Below are positions 54,915-62,804 of a stretch of 64,000 bases of DNA, in pieces. Positions within the stretch are counted from its first letter, which is position 1, and the number at the start of each line of letters is the position of its first letter. The position numbers and the translations under genes were made by a program. Origin of the DNA: an uncultured Actinomycetes bacterium (GTDB lineage Bacteria > Actinomycetota > Actinomycetes > Nanopelagicales > Nanopelagicaceae); NCBI GenBank assembly GCA_903838295.1, contig CAILXX010000007.1:489-64488 (forward strand), given 5' to 3'. The notes under the pieces were generated by a model. The model was given only the letters and a program-made list of their open reading frames with translations. It did no database searches and was not told where the DNA came from.

Positions 54915-55847
54915 TCACTTAATGGTGGTTTTAGCGTTTCTGAGCTGGAAGTATCTAGAAGAGACGACAGCGCAGAGCGTCATCGCGGTTCCTGTGAGTA
55001 AATAGCCGCTGACCGAAGTGTGTGCAGCGGGGGCTAGCCAGTCAAAGAGGACCGCTCCTATCAATTGTCCACTTACGCTAAAGGCGATGAAATTGAGCAG
55101 GCCAATATGTTTGAGCGTAAAGGCTGATACGGCAATAAATGTGAGACCAAATAAGCCGCCGAGGTATAACCATGGACTTGTTGGCAAATGACCGATTGTG
55201 CCACCACGCGCAATATTTATTGAAAGCGCGATTATCAAGAAGAAGGTACCGATCATGAAATTAAAAAAAGTTGTTGCCAACGGTCTTGTAGTAACAACAT
55301 TTACACGCGCATTGAGTGCCTGCTGAAAAGCAACAACTACACCAGCAATAATCGCAAGGATCACTGGCAGGAATCTAAAGGTTGATTTTATGAGATCTGG
55401 GTAGACGGCAACAGAAACAGCTAGGAGAGTTATTAAAGCGATCAATATCCGAGTCAGCGTGACTGGTTTCTTGCCAGATGGAGTTAAACCAATTTTATCA
55501 ACCATCAACGAAGAGATGGTTTGACCGCCAATCAAGGAAATAGTAAAAATTGCAACTCCCACTTCTGGTACCGCGACACCTTGAGCGATTAAAAATATAG
55601 TCCCACCTATGCCACCCACCATTTCCCACCAGGCTAATCGCCCGGATTTCAATGCAGCAATACCTCTGGCTATTCCCTGTCGTTCGCTCTTAAATAGTAG
55701 AGCGATCAAGATAAGAATGGTTGAACCTACAATGTTGGAGATTAGTCCTGCCCCAACTCCGTTATGAATCTTGTGCGAAAGTTCGCCGTTAAATCGCGAT
55801 TGAGCAGCAGTAAGGCCACCCACGAGGACCGCTAGGAGTATGTACAT
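54915..55847 (-). CDS. DMT-superfamily membrane protein, duplicated DUF606 (YdcZ-like)
   Basis: 10-TM-like 310-aa protein. The N-terminus MYILLAVLVGGLTAAQSRFNGELS and an internal repeat (AGVVVAFQQALNARV) resemble two fused DUF606 halves. Confidence 0.7.
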   Translation of the reverse strand: MYILLAVLVGGLTAAQSRFNGELSHKIHNGVGAGLISNIVGSTILILIALLFKSERQGIARGIAALKSGRLAWWEMVGGIGGTIFLIAQGVAVPEVGVAIFTISLIGGQTISSLMVDKIGLTPSGKKPVTLTRILIALITLLAVSVAVYPDLIKSTFRFLPVILAIIAGVVVAFQQALNARVNVVTTRPLATTFFNFMIGTFFLIIALSINIARGGTIGHLPTSPWLYLGGLFGLTFIAVSAFTLKHIGLLNFIAFSVSGQLIGAVLFDWLAPAAHTSVSGYLLTGTAMTLCAVVSSRYFQLRNAKTTIK

Positions 55848-56998
55848 TAATTAACGCAAGGGATGCCAGAACCCTGTACTGCCGAACCATTTGCTAGGTG
55901 AGCGAAGTTAAAGTGTGTTGGCTTTGGTTTTGGTACCGCTACACCTGATTGTGCTGGCGTAGGTGAAGTCGTAACTTTTGGGGCAGGATAGAACAAGTCA
56001 TGAACAAATTTTTGTACTGTTGGAATATCAATAATATTTACATCTTGGCGATTACGTAGGGCATAACCTTCGATTGGCAGGGTATGAAAAGTAATGTGCC
56101 CACCGGTTAGTGCCTTTGCTTGTGGCAAGAAGCCGAGTACGTCCCACCCAGAATCAATAACTACATCTTTTTGTGCGACCGTGAGGAGGGATTGTAATTT
56201 TCCTAAGTCACCAAATATTCCCTGGGTACGAAATTTGGTGATGACGCCAGTAATAAATGCTTGTTGACGGTGAGTGCGGTCTAGGTCTCCGAAGGGAAGA
56301 CCATGACGTTGACGCACGAATTCCAATGCCTGAACTCCGGTAATTGTCTGAACACCCGCAGGAAAAATTGCTCCCGAATATTGAGAATCATTGACGGCGC
56401 GGTTGAGGCAAACCTGGATTCCACCAAGAGCATTGGCTAAATCATAGAATCCGACAAGATTGACTTCGGCAAAGTGATCGATCGGAACATTGAGCAAGGT
56501 GCTAATAGTAGAAATTGTGAGCGCACGGCCAACATCCCTGCTCTGCTTTTCACGTGCTGGATTTGCCACTTTCTGCTTAAGCAGAGCATTTTCAGCCGAG
56601 TATTTACCAAGGCCATAAGCCTCTTTGATTTTCTGCATTCCCCATCCTGTGACGGCGACATAATCGTCGCGAGGTATTGATATCGCAACGGCACTTTTAC
56701 CATTTGCAGGAATGTGAATCAAAATCATGGTGTTGGTGTTATAGCCACCAATTGCAGAACTAGAACCCACATGCATTAAATCTAAGAGTTTGCGCGGCAG
56801 ATTGTTACCGTTGTTATCGCGCCTGGAGTCCAACCCCAGAAGCAAAATATTGGTATCACCACCCGATGACTGTTTTGCGCCCTTGAGAACATTGGAACGA
56901 GGTATGGCACTTCCCGCGGTCTTACCAAAGAAGTAAAAAGCAAAGGAAAGGAGGGTGATCGCGATCGAGAAGGTCGCTAGGTACTTACGAGATCGCAT
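55847..56998 (-). CDS. LCP-family (LytR-CpsA-Psr) cell-wall glycopolymer ligase
   Basis: N-terminal TM anchor, then NILLLGLDSRRD, NTNTMILIHIP and RQRHGLPFGDLDR. TAAGAT-N7-ATG on the minus strand. Confidence 0.85.
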   Translation of the reverse strand: MRSRKYLATFSIAITLLSFAFYFFGKTAGSAIPRSNVLKGAKQSSGGDTNILLLGLDSRRDNNGNNLPRKLLDLMHVGSSSAIGGYNTNTMILIHIPANGKSAVAISIPRDDYVAVTGWGMQKIKEAYGLGKYSAENALLKQKVANPAREKQSRDVGRALTISTISTLLNVPIDHFAEVNLVGFYDLANALGGIQVCLNRAVNDSQYSGAIFPAGVQTITGVQALEFVRQRHGLPFGDLDRTHRQQAFITGVITKFRTQGIFGDLGKLQSLLTVAQKDVVIDSGWDVLGFLPQAKALTGGHITFHTLPIEGYALRNRQDVNIIDIPTVQKFVHDLFYPAPKVTTSPTPAQSGVAVPKPKPTHFNFAHLANGSAVQGSGIPCVN

Positions 56999-57071
56999 GG
57001 CGGGAATCTTACCTGCCTCGACTCACAACTATGTGCAGGGCCGTGAGGGTATTTTTCATTAAACTTTATGT

Positions 57072-57458
57072 ATGAGCAAGATCAATGATTTCAACACCAA
57101 ACTAGCCGCAAAGATAACTTCTGGTGTTGCAACGATGTGGTGTGCCTATATTTTTGCTGGCATCGCACTTGTTTCATTGCCATCAGCCCTAAAATCTGGT
57201 GACCTAATTGTCATTGTGGCGTGGGTCGCTCAGACTTTTCTACAGTTAGTGCTTTTGTCGATCATAATGGTGGGACAAAATGTTGCATCTGCCAGCGTCG
57301 AGCAGAAAATAACCGAGACGCATACGGCTTCCTTAGGAGAATTCGAGCTCGCGAAAGAGGCAAGAGATCTCAATAATCAAGAGATTGTCGAGCTTCGTAG
57401 GATCGCAACGGATATTCACCGGGTACTCAAGGATATTGAATCAGCTACTAAAAAATGA
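57072..57458 (+). CDS. Small membrane protein (two TM segments plus a coiled C-terminus; DUF1003 / low-affinity-iron-permease-like topology)
   Basis: TM segments MWCAYIFAGIALVSL and IVIVAWVAQTFLQLVLLSIIMVGQN, followed by a charged helix. The family call is tentative. TAAACT-N6-ATG lies upstream. Confidence 0.5.
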   Translation: MSKINDFNTKLAAKITSGVATMWCAYIFAGIALVSLPSALKSGDLIVIVAWVAQTFLQLVLLSIIMVGQNVASASVEQKITETHTASLGEFELAKEARDLNNQEIVELRRIATDIHRVLKDIESATKK

Positions 57459-58684
57459 CTTTACGATCCACGCTTAGTCACCCTTATATAAAGCGGTTCT
57501 ACATAGCTCGATTTATCTCTAACTTCGGAAATGGCATGGGTCCGATCGCTTTAGCATTCGGAATCTTGCATCTAGATAACGGATCTGCCAGCGAATTAGG
57601 ATTAGTCCTTGCGGCGATGACGATATCGATGCTCTGTGTCTTGCCATTTGGTGGAGTAATTGCTGATAAATATGGTCGAATCAGGATGTTTGCGATCGCA
57701 GATATCGTGGGCGGCGCCGTTTTATTGGTTCAGGTGTATTACTTCCATACTGGCCATGTTCCTATTGCCGCACTCCTATTTTCTAATATCGGATTTGGTT
57801 TGATGTGGGGAATTTTCTGGCCAGCTTTTTCTGGCGCTCTGCCTGCATTGCTACCAGAAAATCAGCTGCAACAGGGAAATGCGATCAATCAGTTCATCTC
57901 AAATTTCGCATTAATTTCCGGAACCGCAATCGGCGGATTTCTTGTAGCTCAATATGGCAGCACATTTGCACTAGGGGTTGATGCCTTCACCTTTTTAATT
58001 TCAGGGATCCTTGTTATTCATTTTAGACACCTGACGCCACCACATCCCAATCACGAAAACTCGATGCTAGAAGATCTTCGCGAAGGCTGGAAAGTATTTA
58101 GGTCTTTTCCGTGGATCGTTATAACAGTGGCTGGATTCTCTTTAATTGTGATGGTCTGGTCAGGATCTGAAGGAGTCTTAGGACCTTTGATCGCTCTAAA
58201 ATATTTTCATGGCGCTAAATCATGGGCCTTTGTGCTTTCATGTGAATCTGCCGGCTACATAGTCGGCTCGTTGATTGCTATGCGGATACGAATCCGTCAT
58301 CCCATGCGCTTTCTCACTTGGATTACATTTACGATATCAATTTATATTTTTACATTGGCAAAGCCCCAATCGATAATTGTGATTGCGATTGCTGGTTTCA
58401 TGTGGGGGATAACCCTGGACCTATGGGGTTCTTTGTGGAGCACCGCATTTCAGCGGACCATTCCTCGGGAAGCCCTTTCTAGGGCATCTGCATTTGATGG
58501 CTTTGGCACGATGATGCTGCGCCCAGTTGGGCTTGCAATCGCGGGGCCGCTCGCAACGTGGATCGGCCTTTCGCATACTTTGGAGCTCTTCGCCGGCGTC
58601 ACAGCGGTTGTAATTTTAGCGATGGCGCTCATCCCCGCCGTTCGAAGCATGGAACTTCCCGCACCTCTCACAGGAAACTCTTAG
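57455..58684 (+). CDS. MFS transporter
   Basis: 409-aa 12-TM-like protein with the loop motif GGVIADKYGRIRM. 4-nt overlap with the upstream gene. Confidence 0.85.
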   Translation: MTLRSTLSHPYIKRFYIARFISNFGNGMGPIALAFGILHLDNGSASELGLVLAAMTISMLCVLPFGGVIADKYGRIRMFAIADIVGGAVLLVQVYYFHTGHVPIAALLFSNIGFGLMWGIFWPAFSGALPALLPENQLQQGNAINQFISNFALISGTAIGGFLVAQYGSTFALGVDAFTFLISGILVIHFRHLTPPHPNHENSMLEDLREGWKVFRSFPWIVITVAGFSLIVMVWSGSEGVLGPLIALKYFHGAKSWAFVLSCESAGYIVGSLIAMRIRIRHPMRFLTWITFTISIYIFTLAKPQSIIVIAIAGFMWGITLDLWGSLWSTAFQRTIPREALSRASAFDGFGTMMLRPVGLAIAGPLATWIGLSHTLELFAGVTAVVILAMALIPAVRSMELPAPLTGNS

Positions 58685-58732
58685 CCTGCGTTGCGTATCC
58701 TTTAGGCTCCAACAGTTTTAATATCCACAGCT

Positions 58733-58765
58733 ATCAATTACAGATCAATTAAAGTTCAATTAAAG
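58733..58765 (+). repeat. Three tandem 11-bp direct repeats abutting the RBS of the HtrA-like gene
   Basis: atcaattacag (58733-58743), atcaattaaag (58744-58754) and ttcaattaaag (58755-58765), followed directly by AAGGAG (58766-58771) and the ATG at 58782. Confidence 0.85.
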
Positions 58766-58781
58766 AAGGAGCCTTGTAGGA

Positions 58782-59945
58782 ATGTCAGTATTCACTAAGG
58801 TCAATGGGCTAAGTACCATTTCGAAGATCGCTATTGGTTTTGTAGCAGGGGCTACCGTCATCGGTGGCGTTGCAACCGCAGCCAATAGTTTGGTTGGTTC
58901 AGCGATCGTGAAAGCGTGTGCAGATAAGCGCACCGGAGCACTCTTTGCGCCGACCAATGGAATCTGTCCGAGCAATCGAACCGCCGTAACAATTGGATCA
59001 ACTTCACTGAAAGGTATTGTCGCAAAGGTACAACCATCTGTTGTGACGGTTAATGTGCTGGCAACTGACGGAACTGGCGACACCGGATCTGGTTCGATTA
59101 TCAAATCCGATTCCACAGGTTCTTACATTGTGACAAACAATCACGTGATTGATGCACTTACTGTTGCAGGAAATCAATATTCGCTAACCGTGGATCTTAA
59201 TAACGGCTCAAATGTTCCGGCCACGCTTATTGGACGCGATATTTCTTACGACCTTGCAGTTCTACACATTACAACCCCGAATCAACCAGTTATTCCACTG
59301 GGAGATTCATCCACCATATCTGTTGGAGATTCGGTAATTGCATTTGGTTCACCGCTCGGCCTTACAGGCACGGTGACTGCTGGAATCGTCTCTGCTATTA
59401 ATCGCCCAGTGACTACTCAAAGTGCAAATGCAACTACACAGTCATACGTAGATGCAATCCAGACCGATGCTGCAATTAATCCTGGTAATTCTGGTGGACC
59501 ACTCACAGATTCATCGGGCCGAATTATTGGTATCAATAGCGCCATTGCTTCAAATACAGGAGGTGCTACGGGTCAAGCCGGTTCGATTGGTTTGGGATTC
59601 TCGATTCCTATCAATGAAGCCGAACGTACGATCAACGAAATTATTTCCAGCCCAACTCATACATCCACACGTCCGTTATTAGGTGTCAATTTCGATAACA
59701 CCTACACCGGGAAGGGTGCGTTGGTTCAGAAACTTGTGACTGGTGAAGCGGCCGATAAGGCAGGAATCCCAGTAGGTGGCATCATCACGAATATCGGTGG
59801 TGTCCGGATCCCAGATCAGGAGACCGCCATTGTTCGAATTCGTTCGTACACTCCGGGATCCTCGGTGCAGATCACCGTTACCTTGCCAGCGGGCGGAACT
59901 AAGGTCTTCACAGTCACGTTGGGTTCAGCGCCTTCGAATTCATGA
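58782..59945 (+). CDS. HtrA/DegP-like trypsin-fold serine protease with a PDZ domain, membrane anchored
   Basis: TM anchor ISKIAIGFVAGATVIGGVATAA. Catalytic triad contexts NNHVIDA, YDLAVLHI and GNSGGPL. PDZ region GALVQKLVTGEAADKAGIPVGGIITNIGG. Confidence 0.85.
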   Translation: MSVFTKVNGLSTISKIAIGFVAGATVIGGVATAANSLVGSAIVKACADKRTGALFAPTNGICPSNRTAVTIGSTSLKGIVAKVQPSVVTVNVLATDGTGDTGSGSIIKSDSTGSYIVTNNHVIDALTVAGNQYSLTVDLNNGSNVPATLIGRDISYDLAVLHITTPNQPVIPLGDSSTISVGDSVIAFGSPLGLTGTVTAGIVSAINRPVTTQSANATTQSYVDAIQTDAAINPGNSGGPLTDSSGRIIGINSAIASNTGGATGQAGSIGLGFSIPINEAERTINEIISSPTHTSTRPLLGVNFDNTYTGKGALVQKLVTGEAADKAGIPVGGIITNIGGVRIPDQETAIVRIRSYTPGSSVQITVTLPAGGTKVFTVTLGSAPSNS

Positions 59946-59959
59946 CAGACTTATAGGTA

Positions 59960-61714
59960 GTGAATTTACTTAACCTAGAGTCGGTCTCTAAAGCCTTCGA
60001 TATCCGCCCATTGTTGGATGGCGTCTCACTTGGCGTCCACGACAATGAGCGGATTGGCATTGTCGGACGCAATGGTGACGGAAAGAGCACGCTCTTAAAA
60101 ATCATGGCCGGAACTTTGGAGCCAGATTCTGGGCGCGTTGCAAAAGCTAATTCGGTCAAAGTCGGAATCCTAAGCCAATCTGATAGTGCAGCTGTTGGTG
60201 CCACAGTTCGTGAAGTTGTACTGGGTGATATTCCTATTCATGAATGGGCTAGCAATAGCCGAATCAGAGAGGTGTTGGCGGGTCTTTTTGGTGGCCATAG
60301 CGATGATTTACTAGACCGTGATTTTCATTCACTCTCTGGTGGAGAACGACGCCGGGTAAATTTGGCAAAGTTATTGGTTGATGATCTGGACTTAGTTCTG
60401 CTCGATGAGCCAACAAATCACCTTGATGTAGAAGGTGTTGCATGGCTAGCGAACCATCTTAAATCTCGGAATTCATTATCAGTCGTCGTGATCACACACG
60501 ATAGATGGTTCTTGGATGAAATTTCGGATCAGATCTGGGAAGTTGTGGACGGCAAAGTATTGGAATACGAAGGTGGGTATTCCGCCTTCGTTCTCTCGAA
60601 GGCAGAGCGCTCTCGCCAGTCTTCGGTCGAATCTGGCAAGCGGGATATGTTGATTCGCAAAGAGTTGGCATGGTTACGTCGTGGCGCACCAGCACGAACA
60701 GCAAAACCTAAATTCCGCATAGAAGCCGCTAACCAGTTGATTGAAAACGAACCTCCGATTCGAAACCAAGCAGAACTTCTCAATTTTTCAGCGAACCGCC
60801 TTGGTAATACCGTGTACGAACTTCATCAAGCATCAATAAAAGCTGGCGACTTAGAACTTTTGGATCAGGTGTACTGGAACATCGGTCCTGGTAACAGAAT
60901 TGGAATTGTCGGGGTTAATGGCGCCGGTAAAACAACTTTGATGCGAGTGCTTGCCGGCCTTCATAAGATATCGGCGGGAAAATTAGTAACTGGCGTGACG
61001 GTTAAACCCGCATACCTTTCCCAACATTTAGAGGAGCTGAACCCAATGTGGCGCGTTTTGGAAGCGGTAGAAAAGGTAGCTAACAGAGTTGAGCTAGGTA
61101 ATGGTAGAGAATTGTCCGCAAGCCAATTGTGCGAGCGACTTGGTTTCAATAAAGATCAACAATGGACTCCGGTTGGAGATCTATCGGGGGGAGAACGCCG
61201 TAGGTTGCAGTTGACTCGACTGTTGATGGATAGCCCCAATGTCTTGTTACTCGATGAGCCAACCAATGATTTTGATGTAGAGACTTTAACTGCTCTTGAA
61301 GATCTCTTAGATTCTTTTGCAGGCACACTCTTGGTAATTTCGCATGATAGGTATTTTCTAGAACGTGTGTGTGACACATTTGTTGGTCTGGTTGGAGACA
61401 AATCACTCCGGGATCTGCCCCGTGGAATACAGGAGTATTTGGATTTACGTCGCTCCAATGGTGAATCAAAAGATAAGGTGTCGGCTGCGAAGAAAGAGTC
61501 AACGATTTTGGAGCAGAAAGCCGCGAAGAAGGAGCTCGCTCGCATTGAAAAGCAGATGGAGCGACGTGCCGAGAGAATCGCTGCTATCAACGTGCTTTTG
61601 GAGGCACCTTCTACAGACCATGCAAAATTGGTAGAGCTACATACCGAATTAGAGAATTTGAAGAGTGAACACGAAGCGCTTGAGATGGCTTGGTTAGAGC
61701 TTAACGTCTCGTAA
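59960..61714 (+). CDS. ABC-F family ATPase (two ABC domains, no TM region; translation-factor type)
   Basis: GTG start. Walker A GRNGDGKST and GVNGAGKTT, signatures LSGGERRR twice, and a C-terminal coiled-coil tail. Confidence 0.9.
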   Translation: MNLLNLESVSKAFDIRPLLDGVSLGVHDNERIGIVGRNGDGKSTLLKIMAGTLEPDSGRVAKANSVKVGILSQSDSAAVGATVREVVLGDIPIHEWASNSRIREVLAGLFGGHSDDLLDRDFHSLSGGERRRVNLAKLLVDDLDLVLLDEPTNHLDVEGVAWLANHLKSRNSLSVVVITHDRWFLDEISDQIWEVVDGKVLEYEGGYSAFVLSKAERSRQSSVESGKRDMLIRKELAWLRRGAPARTAKPKFRIEAANQLIENEPPIRNQAELLNFSANRLGNTVYELHQASIKAGDLELLDQVYWNIGPGNRIGIVGVNGAGKTTLMRVLAGLHKISAGKLVTGVTVKPAYLSQHLEELNPMWRVLEAVEKVANRVELGNGRELSASQLCERLGFNKDQQWTPVGDLSGGERRRLQLTRLLMDSPNVLLLDEPTNDFDVETLTALEDLLDSFAGTLLVISHDRYFLERVCDTFVGLVGDKSLRDLPRGIQEYLDLRRSNGESKDKVSAAKKESTILEQKAAKKELARIEKQMERRAERIAAINVLLEAPSTDHAKLVELHTELENLKSEHEALEMAWLELNVS

Positions 61715-62761
61715 CTGTTGGGCTGATTGCTCGGGTTTTAGATCCATAATAAATGCACCCATGGCCGACTCGGACCCCGCTAAATATTTAAGCTTGCCTG
61801 GCGCCCGCCTGATACTTGTGATCTGCCAATGCAGACCAAGAAGATCTCGGCCCTGCCGGACTGGTGCCTGATGCCAAGCAGCGATGTAAGCCATTTCGAT
61901 CCCAAATACACCGTCGAGTCGTTGCAAAACTTCTTTTGCTAGTACCGGGAATGTGTCCGCAACATCTTCTGAAAGTTCGGCAAAGTCTGGAACAAATTTC
62001 TTTGGAGCCACATGAATCTCAAAAGGATAACGAGCCGCAAATGGAACATAGGCAATCCAATGTTCGTTCTGGGCAATGATTCGAACTTCGTCTTTAATTT
62101 CGCGTTCAATGATGCTTGTGATCAGTGGCTTATGCGTTTTCTGGTAATGCTCTTTCGCCACAGCTAACATTTTCTCTGTCCGTGGCGTGACAAAGGGATA
62201 AGAATAAATTTGGCCATGGGGATGGTTAAGCGTCACACCAACTTCTTCACCACGGTTCTCAAAAATAAATACTTGCTCTACATAAGAAAGCTGTGATATC
62301 GCGCGAGTCCGGTCTATCCAGGCAGCAAGTACGGTACGCATCTGGGTAAGTGGCAACGTCCCAAAACTTCCTTCGTGCTTGTCGGAAAAAACGACGACAT
62401 CACAGCGTCCGCTGGACTGGACGACCTCTTTCGGCAGAGCAACAGAAGGCGCAGCAAATGATGGCGAACGATTTTCAAAGACAACAACTTCAAAAGTACT
62501 GTCTGCAATTTCTGTACCAAAATCTGTCAACGTGGGGCAGAGTGGACAGAACTCTTTTGGAGGCAAGAAGGCACGTGTCTGACGGTGGCTAGCCATCGCA
62601 ATCCATTCACCGGTGAGAAGGTCTTGGCGCATTTCTCCCGGTAGTGGCCGCTCTTCAAATGGACGCTTATCAACCGCAATTCGATCTACCGACACGGAGT
62701 CGTAATAAAAAATCTGTCGACCGTCGAACATCGAAAGTTCGGTACGTTTGACGGAGGTCAT
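61694..62761 (-). CDS. galT: Galactose-1-phosphate uridylyltransferase
   Basis: Zinc site FCPLCPT and the HIT-like active site HPHGQIYSYPF, ~355 aa. Its 3' end overlaps the ABC-F gene by 21 nt. Confidence 0.9.
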   Translation of the reverse strand: MTSVKRTELSMFDGRQIFYYDSVSVDRIAVDKRPFEERPLPGEMRQDLLTGEWIAMASHRQTRAFLPPKEFCPLCPTLTDFGTEIADSTFEVVVFENRSPSFAAPSVALPKEVVQSSGRCDVVVFSDKHEGSFGTLPLTQMRTVLAAWIDRTRAISQLSYVEQVFIFENRGEEVGVTLNHPHGQIYSYPFVTPRTEKMLAVAKEHYQKTHKPLITSIIEREIKDEVRIIAQNEHWIAYVPFAARYPFEIHVAPKKFVPDFAELSEDVADTFPVLAKEVLQRLDGVFGIEMAYIAAWHQAPVRQGRDLLGLHWQITSIRRAPGKLKYLAGSESAMGAFIMDLKPEQSAQQLRDVKL

Positions 62762-62767
62762 GCTTGA

Positions 62768-62798
62768 ATCCTAATCTATTCGTGCAGATGGCTAGGAT
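62768..62798. promoter_or_regulatory. Back-to-back -10 hexamers (TAGGAT on each strand) for leaderless galT and the GH13 gene
   Basis: 62768-62773 atccta (TAGGAT on the minus strand) lies 6 nt from the galT ATG. 62793-62798 TAGGAT lies 6 nt from the 62805 ATG. The whole divergent gap is only 43 bp and has no RBS on either side. Confidence 0.5.
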
Positions 62799-62804
62799 TG
62801 CCGC

